Shown: positions 1 through 12,235, counted from the first letter of the whole stretch. The stretch: 63,158 nt of DNA, filler included, from Hausera hauseri (GCA_046269625.1; 11 parts of 11 records of this genome joined end to end with filler, not necessarily neighbours in it); one strand, 5' to 3'. Numbers and translations: made by a program. Notes: a model not told the origin generated them from the sequence alone.

Positions 1-1463
1 ATGCATAAAATACTTGCAATTATTAAGAACTCAGAAACTTCTTGATATGAGTAAAAATTATTCGTATAAAATGTTATTTTACTATGCATAATTTTATCAA
101 CATCTGTAATTAACTAACAATACCAAGAAATAATTCAACTCAGCCGTATTGTCTACGAAGTTATAAAAATAGAAAAATAAAAAGATATTACGAATTAGTT
201 TTCTATAAATATATATATACTAAAACTGAATCGTGAGNNNNNNNNNNAAATCGTTAAAGTCAAACAAGCGGAAAGTTGATAATTATCATTCTTGTGTGAA
301 TAAATACAAATATATCAAGCATTCGCATAAAAAGAGATAAGTGAACATACAGCTATTCTTTGTAACCAAACCTTTGATGTTAATTAATTCCATTCACGAT
401 GATTGTAATTTCCTTCCATAATAAGATATTAGGCTTTTGTATTTTTCCAACCTTCCGCTATATGACTTGTATAAATGTTTAAAATCATACTTTGCAATCC
501 AGAAAAAAGTATGTATAATATTTTTCCCGAAAATTTTTTCATAAAAATTGATGGTGTTCATCTTCAAGGATAATAAAAATAAAATTCACTCTGAATTTAA
601 CATAACGTGTAAGAAAAATGAAATATTAACTTTGAATAATATAGGAATTTTTTATATTCATTGGCAAAACATAAATGAAGAGTGCGAGTATTGCGGTGAT
701 AATTATTTTTCTGTCAAATATTTGTCGTTTGGATACAAAAACAAATATATGCGTCGTAGAAAAACCGAAAATATCTCGATTTTGCCACGCCGAGTGTAAT
801 TGGGTTTTGATAAAGTTCACGAGTAGCCATGCTTACAATACTTTATCTCGGTATTTTGAACGTACATTAAGTCCTTCGCCCTTTGTCTCTTACAAATTCT
901 TTCTTGTTAATGATTTCAGTTNNNNNNNNNNNNNNNNNNNNNNNNNNNNNNNNNNNNNNNNNNNNNNNNNNNNNNNNNNNNNNNNNNNNNNNNNNNNNNN
1001 NNNNNNNNNNNNNNNNNNNNNNNNNNNNNNNNNNNNNNNNNNNNNNNNNNNNNNNNNNNNNNNNNNNNNNNNNNNNNNNNNNNNNTCATAAGCGTAGAAA
1101 CGAATGATGTGGAGCAATGTGACCAGTTGGATGCAAAGATAGGAAGAAGAGTGGGTTGCTTGCGTGTGATTGCTGTTATTTAATAAATGTTAGTGACAAA
1201 TATTATGAGTCTTTTGTTATATTGTAAGAAACATTTCCTGTACATAACATGTTAGTTGAAGTTATGTATGCATATTTAATTATCTTATGTTGTTAATTAC
1301 AGCGAATGTGTGCTCCTGTGAAATATAATAATATTATGTATCAAAACCCATTGACTATGTTATGTGGCTATTAAGCCAATATGTGTAATGAAATATATGT
1401 ATATTTATGAAAGTAGACAAATAAGACACAAAATTTGAAAAACATATAAATTTATTAACATAT

Positions 1464-1913
1464 TTACAAATCGTCCCAACTCTCTTCATCCGAACTGTCC
1501 TCCCATCTGTCATCTCCCATTTTCCTTAGGTTTTGAATGTTTGTAACTGATAACATGTTTCCATAGCCATTGTAAATAATCACTTTTTCATTTCTCGCAT
1601 TGCATTGAAAACATACATTACTGCCACGGTTGATGAAGCAGTTTAAGCACTGCTTATGACCATTGAAACAGGTGTATATTCGAACCCAATAAACTGTATT
1701 GCAGGTTTTATCCAAATGGTCAATTTCAATGGTTTTAATCAATGTTCCATTTTCATCGTAAACTGATGCAAATTGATCTTCTGTGCGACATAATGGGCAT
1801 GATTTAATCTGTTTTGTCCATTTTGTGAAACAGCTTACACAAAATCGATGTGTACAGCTCTTCATTCCGACTGTATTTGTATTTGTTTCAGAATAGCAAA
1901 TGGCGCAGAACAT
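1464..1913 (-). CDS. Small C3HC4 RING-finger protein (probable E3 ligase) with a second degenerate RING-like Cys/His cluster
   Basis: CAIC..CTHRFCVSC..W..CPLCR is a canonical RING-HC. Second cluster: C..GHKQCLNC..CFQC. TATA-like and CCAAT motifs upstream (about 1941-1973); AATAAA just after the stop. Confidence 0.85.
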   Translation of the reverse strand: MFCAICYSETNTNTVGMKSCTHRFCVSCFTKWTKQIKSCPLCRTEDQFASVYDENGTLIKTIEIDHLDKTCNTVYWVRIYTCFNGHKQCLNCFINRGSNVCFQCNARNEKVIIYNGYGNMLSVTNIQNLRKMGDDRWEDSSDEESWDDL

Positions 1914-2373
1914 ATTTTCACAAATTGTAAATCTGTTCTGTTTTATAATTTTTTGAAATAGATATCAACCAATAGAAAATAAGTGTGTGTAATAGAGCTC
2001 ATTATTACAATACAGTTATTTTAGACTGTATGCGTATAAGCATTTATATGAGAGCTGTGTGTATAAGTACATAAAATAGAAGTTTACAATCGTACGAGTA
2101 AATTTATAAGAAGACTGTGTGTGTGGTTTCAAACAAAAATCATAAGACTGGATTGATATGTTAAAGGTTAATTATATATTGTGTATATGATCAAAGAAGA
2201 ATTATCAATGGTCATTTTATTTAAATATATGTTATTTATTTTAACAAACAATAAGTTAAAAATGAAAACAGAATAATAAAGTTAAAACCTGGAATAAAAC
2301 ACAAAGTTTAAAGACATGAATAAATAACTATGTAAAAAGACAAATGAAACATTCAGTTGAAATCACAAATTGT

Positions 2374-2425
2374 GGCCCTAAAGAGGACCGATTTGTACAT
2401 TCCCTATTTGGTCCTAAAGAGGACC
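2374..2425 (-). promoter_or_regulatory. Two tandem histone-mRNA-type 3' stem-loops
   Basis: Minus strand reads taaac-GGTCCT-CTTT-AGGACC-aaata (2425-2410) and aaatc-GGTCCT-CTTT-AGGGCC-acaat (2389-2374). 6-bp stem, 4-nt loop, first copy 48 nt after the stop codon of the Q-rich gene. Confidence 0.75.
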
Positions 2426-2473
2426 GTTTAACATTAACTATACAAACTATTTACACAAAACTATTTACAAAAT

Positions 2474-3693
2474 TTAGTTACAAAAGTATACGGTGCAATT
2501 ATTGAATATATTTGCACCGATACCACTGCTGTACAATCCCTCTGTTTGTGTTCCAGCATCCTCATTTAAGCAATCGGTTTGGATTAATTGATGGTTGCGG
2601 CTCCTCCTTTCTGCATCTTTGCGCAGCTTAAAAATCAATGAGGACTGTTCCGCCACTTTATTCCTCCAATAAGTATTTTGGCGCTGCTGCTCATCCAATT
2701 GGCGCTGCTGCTCATCCAATTGACGTTCTAGATATTTAATTCTGTCCAATAAAGTGTTGTCCTGTTGTGCCTGCTGTTCTGTCTGCTGGTCTGATTGTTG
2801 AGGCTGATGATCTGTCTGCTGGTCTGATTGTTGAGGCTGTTGGTCTGAATGTTGAGGCTGCTGGTCTGTTTGTTCAGGCTGCTCTGGATGTTGTTCTCCT
2901 TGTTGTTGTTGTTGCTGCTGTATTTGTTGTGGATGCTGTGGCTGTTGCAGTTGTTCATCCACATGTTGTACCTGTTGCTGCTTTTGTTGCTGTTCTTTTT
3001 TGGACCGTATTTCGAAGCGCCGGTCTAAATTTTTGTGCCATTTGGGCTCAGCCACATTATCCAGCTTGATGGACTCCAGTGTCTCATCAAGCTGGAGTTT
3101 TTGCCGCATCCTGTTCCGCCTTCTTCGCTCAGTCACCTTCTGACACTGAGCGAAGAAATTTTCTCTTATGGCAATACGCTCCTGCGTATTGTTTGCCTCC
3201 TGTTCAGCAGTCGACAGCTTTTGGATGCGCTGCTTAGTCATGCGCACTTTATTATTGGACGGTGGCATGACTCGTTTCTTCTTTTTCTGAACTGACTCGA
3301 TGATGAAGTCATCATCTGAGTCAGTCAACTGAATGTCCTTGCGGACCTGATTTACTTCGGACTCCTGAACAAAATTAATAACATCATAAATAAATAGATT
3401 ATACTTACTGTTATACTTTTGTCCATATCCACCGGTAATTTCTTCTTCTTCTTTAGTGGCTGGACATTGACTGGCACTTTATCTGAAATGAAATGTAAAT
3501 GTATAATAAAATTAAAATAAAACATACCAATTTGATTTGCTATTTCTATCAACTCCTGTGTCAAGCATGGCTCATACACAGGAGCATCTTTCACAGCACT
3601 GGGCACATACTCCGTGCCCTCTTTCCTTTGCTGCTCCAGTGCAGCGATCACTAGCTTCTGTTTTGTCTCTGAACTGAATTTGATTTTGTGCAT
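2474..3693 (-). CDS. Three-exon gene, 376-aa Gln-rich coiled-coil protein of unknown function (exons 3693-3528, 3482-3409, 3364-2474)
   Basis: GT..AG introns of 45 nt (3527-3483, GTATGT..TTTCAG) and 44 nt (3408-3365, GTAAGT..GTTCAG) join ORFs 3352..3738 and 2474..3328 in frame (1131 nt total). Basic NLS-like runs (KKKKK, KKKKR, RRRRNR), Q/P-rich repeats, coiled coil. Confidence 0.8.
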
Positions 3694-3858
3694 TGTAAGA
3701 AATGACAAAATAATGAGAGACACTAGCTCATATAACAATTTTCAACCAATCAAATTTCGACCAATCAGAATTGAGACACACACAACTTTAGCTTAACTTA
3801 ACTATATAGTTTACTTTATATTTGTGTGAATGTATTTGTCTAAACAAACACACATACA

Positions 3859-4128
3859 TGAATTGTACAGTTACCTAGTGTCACTCACACAGACACATGA
3901 ATTGTACAGTTACCTAGTGTCACTCACTAATACTTGAATTGTACAGTTACCTAGTGTCACTCACACACACATGATTTGTACGTTATACAGTTACCTAGTG
4001 TCACTTACAGACACATGAATTGTACAGTTACCTAGTGTCACTCGCACACACATTAATTGTACGTTATATACTTAATTAGTGTCACTCGCACAGACACATG
4101 AATTGTACAGTTACCTAGTGTCACTCAC
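3859..4128. repeat. Tandem array of 7 copies of a ~30-bp core (period about 37-46 bp)
   Basis: Core TGAATTGTACAGTTACCTAGTGTCACTCAC at about 3859, 3898, 3935, 3972, 4016, 4053 and 4099, with short CA-rich linkers. Confidence 0.95.
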
Positions 4129-4773
4129 ACATAAGAGTGAAAAAGACTATATAGCTTTTGTCTAAACAACACACAAATTTGTCTGGACAGAAATATATTG
4201 TCACTGTATATTTGTCTGTACAAAAATATTGTCAAATTTATGTTTCATTGTAGTTATATCACAATTTGACTGCAGTTTTTGTCTCTGATCAGTCACAACT
4301 TGGTTTCGTCAAACTAATGAAACCATCCTGTCTTGTGTTTTTCACACTTTATGACTCACAGAATTTAAACTGAGAAAGGTTCCAGACGGGGTCCTTTCGC
4401 AAAGACGTCTCCAACACTCACCACCCATTGAGACATTGGCTCAATCTAGGTGTGAGCAATATATTATTTCACACATGCAAAATATTTGCTTGTGCTTTAT
4501 TTATTAAAAATGGCATTATTGTAGATTTCAGACCCTATGATCAGAAATACACTTCATGTGAACACCCGATCTTTAAAAGATTTGTGGATCCTTTCAGCTG
4601 CTGCTTTTTGGGGTCACCATGGCGAATTGTGGTCCACAATTATTTATTTGGCATAGTTTTTACATCGGATTCCCTTCCAGACTCAGACTTCCTATTTATC
4701 CACACTAGGGACCGAGAGACACTACACATCTGTGTGCTTGCTGAGGTAGAAACCTTAAAGCTTTACATAAATG

Positions 4774-4873
4774 NNNNNNNNNNNNNNNNNNNNNNNNNNN
4801 NNNNNNNNNNNNNNNNNTTAATTAATTAANNNNNNNNNNNNNNNNNNNNNNNNNNNNNNNNNNNNNNNNNNNN
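4774..4873. other. Artificial contig-joining spacer (first of ten)
   Basis: 44 N + TTAATTAATTAA (stops in all six frames) + 44 N. Same spacer at 9121-9220, 14659-14758, 23328-23427, 27917-28016, 33410-33509, 42075-42174, 48179-48278, 52397-52496, 57076-57175. Confidence 0.98.
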
Positions 4874-6050
4874 TTGCAAAATTAAAAAATGCAAGTAAGA
4901 TTGCACGTATATATCTGACCTCAGAATACTGGCAAATAGAACTAGACGAACCATCAAAGGAACTCTCAATCATCAGTACATCAAAAGACTACAAAATTAA
5001 TCGCCTCCAAATAAAAATGAAAAATGTATCAATATTCCAACGTACAATGGAAACGGTAATGGCAGATTTGAAAGGCTTATATACCAAGATGATGCCCTAG
5101 TATTCGCAGAGAACAATGAGTCATTAAAGAAGCTGCTGACGCAAGTTAGAACGAGAATGAAAGAAAAGCACAGAACCATAAACGAAGAGAAATACATTGA
5201 ATATTCTGAGGAAATCATATTTTTGTGATTTAAAGTATCCAATCGAGGAATCGAACAAGACTATCCAAAGTCGCAGATGTTAAAGAACCAGCCAATAGAA
5301 ATGAAGTGGAAAGCTTCTTGTGTCTAATCACCTACTTTGGGAGGATAATTCTAAATTTCTCACAAAAACGCTAAATCTCAACAAACTAAGGAATTCCAAG
5401 GAAGTGTTTAAATGGACCAAAGAATGCAATGAGGGATTTAGCAATCTAAAGGTAATATCAAACGGACCGTTAGTGAAACAATACGATCCTCAGAAAATGA
5501 TTACAATTACAACCGATACATCCGCGTCCGGTGTTGCGGCAGTAATGTCACAAGACAACCATCCAGTCATATTCGTATCGAAGGTATTATCAAAGGAACT
5601 ATACGAATTCTTACTGGGAAAGAATTCGTAGTCCTAACTGATCATAAACTGCTAAACATTTTTTTTCAAGAGTATCAGAAACTCTATAGATATATCACCA
5701 AGATTATGCAAATGGTGTCTTAAGTTGATGGCATATGACTTTGACATACATTATGTACCAGGAAAATCCATATCTCATGTGGATGCATGGTCGCCATTAA
5801 AATATCGAAACAAAATAAAACAGGATTCAGAAGAGTCGAGAATAATGACGTTATTTTACGCGGATCCAGTCCACTTTGAACTTTCCGTTTTAGATGAGAA
5901 GGAAGTGCAAGAGGAATTTCAGAGTCAAAATTCTAAAAAGCATAATCAGTCGTATTCGTCAATGAAAATGTGATGTGTTCTCAGGCGGAATTATCCTACA
6001 AGAGGATCGCGAGAAGGTTAACGATCAAAAATCACTTGTTGTATAATGGT
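4874..6050 (+). mobile_element. Decayed Ty3/Gypsy pol (RT, RNase H, start of integrase)
   Basis: Frameshifted remnants: YWQIELDE, IFQRTME, YQDD, TTDTSASGVAAVMSQDNHPV, YDFDIHYVPGKSISHVDA. Confidence 0.85.
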
Positions 6051-7130
6051 TAGGGTTACAATTATTTTTGTACATGTGAAATCACTTTCTCTAGGCTTAT
6101 AAATTTATTAGGTTTATTTTGACAATGCTTCCTATAAATTTTCAGGCAAATTGACAAACATTTAAATGTAACTCAACGACCTCGAAGAATATTGCAATTG
6201 ACGGCATTAGTATTGCATAACAATCGAATGAGTAAACCCATACATGTCACTAAAATTTCTACAATAATTTTCAAAATAATAAACCAACTTTGCAAACTCT
6301 TCTTACTTATTTTTAAATGGTTTAATTTAGCATTAATATTCTTTGTATGATAGACATGACGCTACGTTAATACAGTTGTTACTGTAAAAGTCAAATTATG
6401 TATATGTATTGATTTATAAAATTCAATACGTTAATTTACAAAGCAGTTTGAGTTTAACAGCTTTTAGCAATGACAACTGCACGCTGCAAAGATCTGGTGT
6501 ATTTAGAGGAAAATAAGACGTATGAAATCACGTTCGAAATTGCCATTAATCCGTCAGTGCCTAGGACTGTTTTTGCACCACCATTTCGATCTTAAGAAGA
6601 CAAGGCATCCGGTGTTGTAATTGACAAGGTTCAAGAGTTTTGAAATCGAGCAAGAATACCGACAAGAGCCGTTCAACACTGCCAGCAAAAAATTGAAGAC
6701 ATATTTGACCACTGGCGATCGCAGAAAAAAACAAAGCACATGAGACATCAGCACAGAAAAAGAACAAAACACAATTCTGTGATGTGCTTGAAGACCTCTT
6801 GGATAATACTCACTCCGACGCTTTGTCAATGATAAAAATTCCAGATGATCGAGAATTTCGGATAGCGCAGCGAGAGAAGGACGAATGAGGCAGCATGGCT
6901 GGTGTGGATGATAAGCTTTACAAACTGGAGAGAAGGCGTCTTGAAATGCAAATGGAGCAACAAGAAAGACGTATTCGCTGCCTCTCGAAGAATGAAATAT
7001 CCAGTACATCATTCACCATTACCACGTCAGGCTCTGATAGCGACACAGAGGAGTCACATGAAGAATATCAGCATAATTAACCAATCTCAACCCCACTTGA
7101 TAAGAGAGGTAGAAAGAGAGTAATTACTCC
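6051..7130 (+). mobile_element. 5' part of a hAT-like (hATm-type) DNA transposon, decayed
   Basis: Begins TAGGGTT exactly where the Gypsy reading stops. MAGVDDKL matches MAGIDKKL in the element at 48279-51699, which ends in AACCCTA. Confidence 0.5.
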
Positions 7131-7434
7131 GCAGTTGATTACACTAATTTTCTCTTATTTGTTGTTTTTTACTGGAGTGGAGTGTAGGTCTTATAGATCA
7201 AGAATAATTCTTACTGCACGGCGTACGCATTTCATAGACTCCTTGAATTCCGATAGCCGAGGATATCTAAACTTTGACCCCGTTGAGCTACCTACAATTT
7301 TGCATATGAATTTCATATACCAAATATAACATTTTGCGAGATGAGACCAATAAATTTTCATATATTGAAATTTGATGCCTATTAGTGGCCATCCTAAGTT
7401 GAAAAGTATGGAGATGGTCGATGCAAGCGATCTG

Positions 7435-8163
7435 CTTTCTTTCTTAAATTGACGCACAAGGATGGACTTGTGAGATGGCTCATTGTCGTGCAATAAGAAT
7501 CAATTTCCATTGTCCAACAATTCGGGCCTCACACGCCGCATTCTCTTTAAAAATCGTTCCAAAACATTTTTGTAGAATGTACTAGTCATAGTAGAACCTT
7601 GACGAAGAAATTCTCGATGAGTGATGCACCTACTATCGAAAAAAGTGATCAACATTGTTTTAGTTTTCGATTTGGAAGCGCGAACTTTCATCGGCCGGCC
7701 CTTTTTCGGACTTGTCCACTCAGCACTTTGACGCTTTGTCTCCGGATCATATTCGATACACCACGACTCGTCTCCTGTGACAATATTTTGCAAAAATGTG
7801 GATCCTCATCGGACATGGTAATCAAATTTTTGGAGGAAGAAATTCTGTTGTTTTTGCTTTGGAGTCAGTGCGGCACAAAGCGTGCACAGAGATACCTTTT
7901 TTTTCAAATCTTCCATCGTGATTGTAAAAACTGATCCCACACTCAAGTTTAACGACTCGGCAATGATTTCTATCGTCATTCGGCGGTCTGACCTTACCAA
8001 TGCTTGCACACGGTCAACATTCTCCTGATTTCGACTCGAACACGTATGACCCGATCTCATGATTTTCTGTCGATTTTCTTCCAGCTTTTTTGTAGGGTAG
8101 AGCTATCACTACTTGTACCGTTTTACGAGCGGCAGTCCTGGAACTTTTTGAATACAATGTGTA
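7435..8163 (-). mobile_element. Mariner transposase remnant (deleted, frameshifted)
   Basis: VRSDRRMTI..IAESLNLS (HTH), IVTGDESW..YDPETKRQS, FFDS, LHDN. TIR-like TTCAAAAAGTTCCAGGAC near 8135-8152. Confidence 0.9.
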
Positions 8164-9220
8164 TATTTGTTAAAGCTCCATTGGATAATACCGAATATTC
8201 TGAATTTTGGTACTTTGGAAAGTTTTGAGTGCATTCTAAAAGGTAGAAAAAAACTGTCATCAAAATCATGTTAACCACGTCAACAAATCACCATTGTTCA
8301 GTGTACTGGTTTTGGACATTATTTTACGAGTGTTTTTCGAGACAGTTTTTATTAGAATGCTAACCCAACTTTCCAAGAAAACTCAATGCACAACATATAG
8401 CGGGAATCATATTCTCCACAATTACAACTCGAGGATTTAAGAAATATACTCGTAAATAATGTTAATTTTGAAGTGCGCATGAAAGCTGCTTTGGTTACAG
8501 CTCGATCTCAAAGGTCGTCGCTGCAAAACTGTCTCCGAAAAGATCACATAAATAATTGGAATGATACTAGACAATCTATTGGTCTGTAATAAAAGAATTT
8601 AGAAAATCTCTCGTAGCAACATTCTAAATACCTTTGCTGCTAAATAGTATGTTCGACAGATACCGTCCTCTTCAGGATGTTGGGCAGAATTGTTATGGAA
8701 TGCCAATAAATACGGATATTGTTGCATCGACGCTTGAAAAATCGAAGAGTTAGTTATTTTGTAATGTTGTGAATCGCGAGCGTTCTGTTTTCTTAATATT
8801 AAACTTCAAGTACTTAACAACATCGCCAGTATAGAAACGAAGAGAAAATCGGGAGTGACAAGAAAAATAAAGGAATTTTTCACAAACACAACATCACCGT
8901 CATACCAACTGACAAAATCAGGCCACTGAGAAACGAACTGAAGCTAAAATTCCGATAAAATTACAAATGAAAATCATACCCAATGAAAGACAACAAATAT
9001 AACAGAAACATATAGTTCAGAAACGTCTTTACACAGTACACTCTATCGCCCACAAAGGTGGTATCAGTACCACGGTTGGAATTATTAGCAGCTGTAATAG
9101 GGATAAAAATGGGACAGAAGNNNNNNNNNNNNNNNNNNNNNNNNNNNNNNNNNNNNNNNNNNNNTTAATTAATTAANNNNNNNNNNNNNNNNNNNNNNNN
9201 NNNNNNNNNNNNNNNNNNNN

Positions 9221-10300
9221 CTGACACCGGTGAACATCCAGGGAGTGGACATTGAGATAGTGGACTCTTATAAGTACCTGGGTGTTCACCTGAACAATAA
9301 ACTGGACTGGACTCACAACACTCTTTACAGGAAGGGTCAGAGCAGACTCCACCTGCTGAGGAGGCTGAGGTCTTTTGGAGTGCAAAAAGCGCTCCTGGAG
9401 ACCTTCTTTGGCTCTGTGGTGGCATCAGCCATTTTCTACAGGTTAGCTGGAGTGGCAGCTTATCTACAGCTGAGAGGAAGCGATTAGATAAGCTCATGAA
9501 GAAGGCCAGCTCTGTGCTGAGATGCCCCCTGGACACAGTGGAGGTGGTGGGAGACAGAAGGATGCTGACTAAAATAACATCACTGACAGAGAACGTCTCC
9601 CACCCCATGCATGGAACTGTGGCAGATCTGCAGAGCTCTTTCAGTGACAGACTGCTTAATTTTAAATGTACAAAAGAACGCTATTGCAGATCATTCCTCC
9701 CATCAGCTGTTAAACTCTATAACAATCCCTGCTCACAACAATCTTGACAAACATCAATGTTTGTGTTTTACACATTAAACAAATCTATCTCAGTCACTAA
9801 AGAAACAGTAACCTGCTGCAATTGTACATTTCTTGTGTAAATCTGTGTTGCTATACTGAACAACAGGCTTAAAGACAGTGTTTAAATCAATTTTGCACTA
9901 CAAAGAGTCTGACTCAATTTGCAAAGACCAGAGTTCGTGTTCGACCCTTTTGGCACCCCCCTAGTTATGTATCTGTTACGACTGTTTCTTTCCCTAAAAT
10001 TTCATATACATAAATTTGTGTTTTTTTGCTGTACAGTATCTGTTTTTATTTTTTAATGTTCATCTAATTTCACTTTGGTTGTATAGTAAAGTGATTATTA
10101 ATATTTTTTTCTTTTGTTCTTTTTGTTCTATGCTTACTTTTTTATTCCCATTGTCTGTCTCTCTAATTCTATTAATATTACTATAGATGATAATGTCAAA
10201 TGGCAATATGGTGTCTTTCAGGATTGATCTATGTATCCGCTGCTGCCACTACACTGGAAATTCCCCATGTGGGACAATAAAGGCTTTATCTATTTTATCC
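9221..10300 (+). mobile_element. 3' end of Rex1/Babar-type non-LTR retrotransposon (teleost-like)
   Basis: IEIVDSYKYLGVHLNNKLDW..RKGQSRLHLLRRLRSF..RSFLPSAVKLYN. 3' end ..CCCATGTGGGACAATAAAG followed by a TATC-like tail. Confidence 0.85.
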
Positions 10301-10368
10301 TTCTACTATGTAACAGTAGCGCCCTCTGGTGACTAGGAGAAAATAACAGCAACCAAACAGAACTAATG

Positions 10369-10830
10369 CAGTCAAAAGTTTACATACAGTTCTTAGTATT
10401 TGGTATCACTGCCTTTGGAATGAATGACTTGAGTCTAAATTTTGGGTTTACTTTCACAAGTTTCTGTCAGTAGTTTGCTGGAATTTTGTCTCGTGACAAA
10501 ACTGGTGGAACTGACTCAGGTCATTTCAGTTTGGACTATTGACTTTGGCATTCATACACACCCAAGAATGAACCAGAGTTGTGCAGGTCAACAGTTTTCT
10601 TCCTGATATCAGGACGGATTTCTTTTGATTGTTCCTGGGGTCTCACACAAAGAAAGTGTTTAGGGTCAGCCTTAAAATGTGTCCACAGTTGTGTCTGTAA
10701 TCACTCCAGTGCTGTCAACTAACATATTAAAGTTTACAGATCCATGGCAGCAACACCATCATCATCAACATCATCTGGACTTTCCCAACTAATTAAAAAA
10801 GCAACATAATCTTAGTTTATTTGAAGTGTG
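10369..10830. mobile_element. Degenerate Tc1-like transposon remnant (fish type)
   Basis: CAGTCAAAAGTTTACATACA resembles the termini of fish Tc1-like elements. No intact ORF. Confidence 0.45.
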
Positions 10831-11974
10831 CTAACAAAATCCTGCAAAGCCCCACCCCCAGTTTACACAGGATGACACCTCCTGGGTCTAGGGATGGGCC
10901 AGAGCCCCCTGCTGGTTTGAGAGCGAGGCCTCAGTCTCTTCAAGCCACCAGGGGTGACCTGAGTGGCTTCTCCAACTGAGGAAGCCCTCCAGATGGCGGG
11001 GTATGGAGGTCCTGTAGCTCAGTCTTCTGACTCCCTCCAATCAACTGGTCGTAGCCCTCTTTACCTCCAAACGCTGGGTCAGTGCAGTAGCTCATGGGAC
11101 ACCTCCAGCTGTTCAATCACCAGTTTTAACGGCAGCCCCTCCCAAAATGGATCAGCACTTCTTACTGTGACTGAGAACTGGTCTAATGATTTGGACAACA
11201 AATCACTGGGATACTGTTTTTACGGAAAAGCACACTTCTCCTCAGACTAATAACCATTAAAGGTGAACTTTTATATCACTCGACTCTTAAAACCACATGG
11301 AGAAAGATTTCTTTATCTGCACAGATCAATGTCCAGTCAGTTTAATTTGTCTTTTGAATGCTGATAAGCGCTTTAATAGCAATTTTGCAGGGTATACAAG
11401 CCACACATTATAATTACTGATCATAAAAGAGGTTACATTTTAATAGCATTGATGGTGAATTAAAAATAAAGATAGATAATTCTATGATCTTAATTCAATG
11501 AAAGGTCAGGGTGTGGCTGGCTCTCAGTTTGGATTATAAGCAGAATTTTTTGGTGGGTTCAGAGCATGGTACTCAGGAAGGATTTAGTTTACCGCCATGA
11601 TGTCCCCAGTGAATAGACCTGTGAGTACATGTCCCAATGCATAGTAAGTCTGAAAACATGTGATAGAAAACATATCACTGGGGTAACGGGGCAAATAAAC
11701 ATATGTCATCTGAATTAATTTGGATTGAGCTGAATCGGATTAAAATAATCCAGATGGGGTGATTACATGACGCATTTCTATTCCGAATGGCAATTTAATC
11801 TGATTATTTATGCTATTGAGATGTATTGTTACATGTTATCAACATAACTGTGGAAGCTTTTTCCATGGCTCCTCATGACCCCACCAAGTGGACAAATTAA
11901 AAAGTAGGGGGCCTTGGGGGACGCTATAGTAAGCCTCATGAAAGTGCGAGGCACATGTATCCATATTTACCATA

Positions 11975-12235
11975 AAACTATCTGCAGATAGGACCTGAAC
12001 CACTGCAGAACAGTACCAGAAAGGCCAACCAAATGTTTAAATCTATTTAAAAAGAATTTGCTGATGAACTGTATCAAATGCTGAACTCAGATCCAATAAC
12101 ACAAGGACTGAGAGCTTTTGCGAATCCAGTTTACACCTTAAATCATTTACAGTTGTAAGTGGGGCTAAGGTTTGTCCTAAAACCAGATTGATACTTTTCT
12201 AAAATACCAGTGTCAATACAAAAAATATTTAGTTG
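11975..12235 (-). mobile_element. L2/CR1-type RT fragment
   Basis: Minus strand reads SVLVLLDLSSAFDTV and, after a frameshift, GLSGTVLQWFRSYL. Confidence 0.75.

Noticed and set aside
3859-4128. CRISPR-like array
   Set aside because: Linkers are only about 7-15 nt, CA-rich and not unique. There are no cas genes and the context is eukaryotic and spliced.
4818-4829. Recurrent TTAATTAATTAA palindrome
   Set aside because: Always centred in 44+44 Ns. It is an artificial linker, and ORFs crossing it are artefacts.
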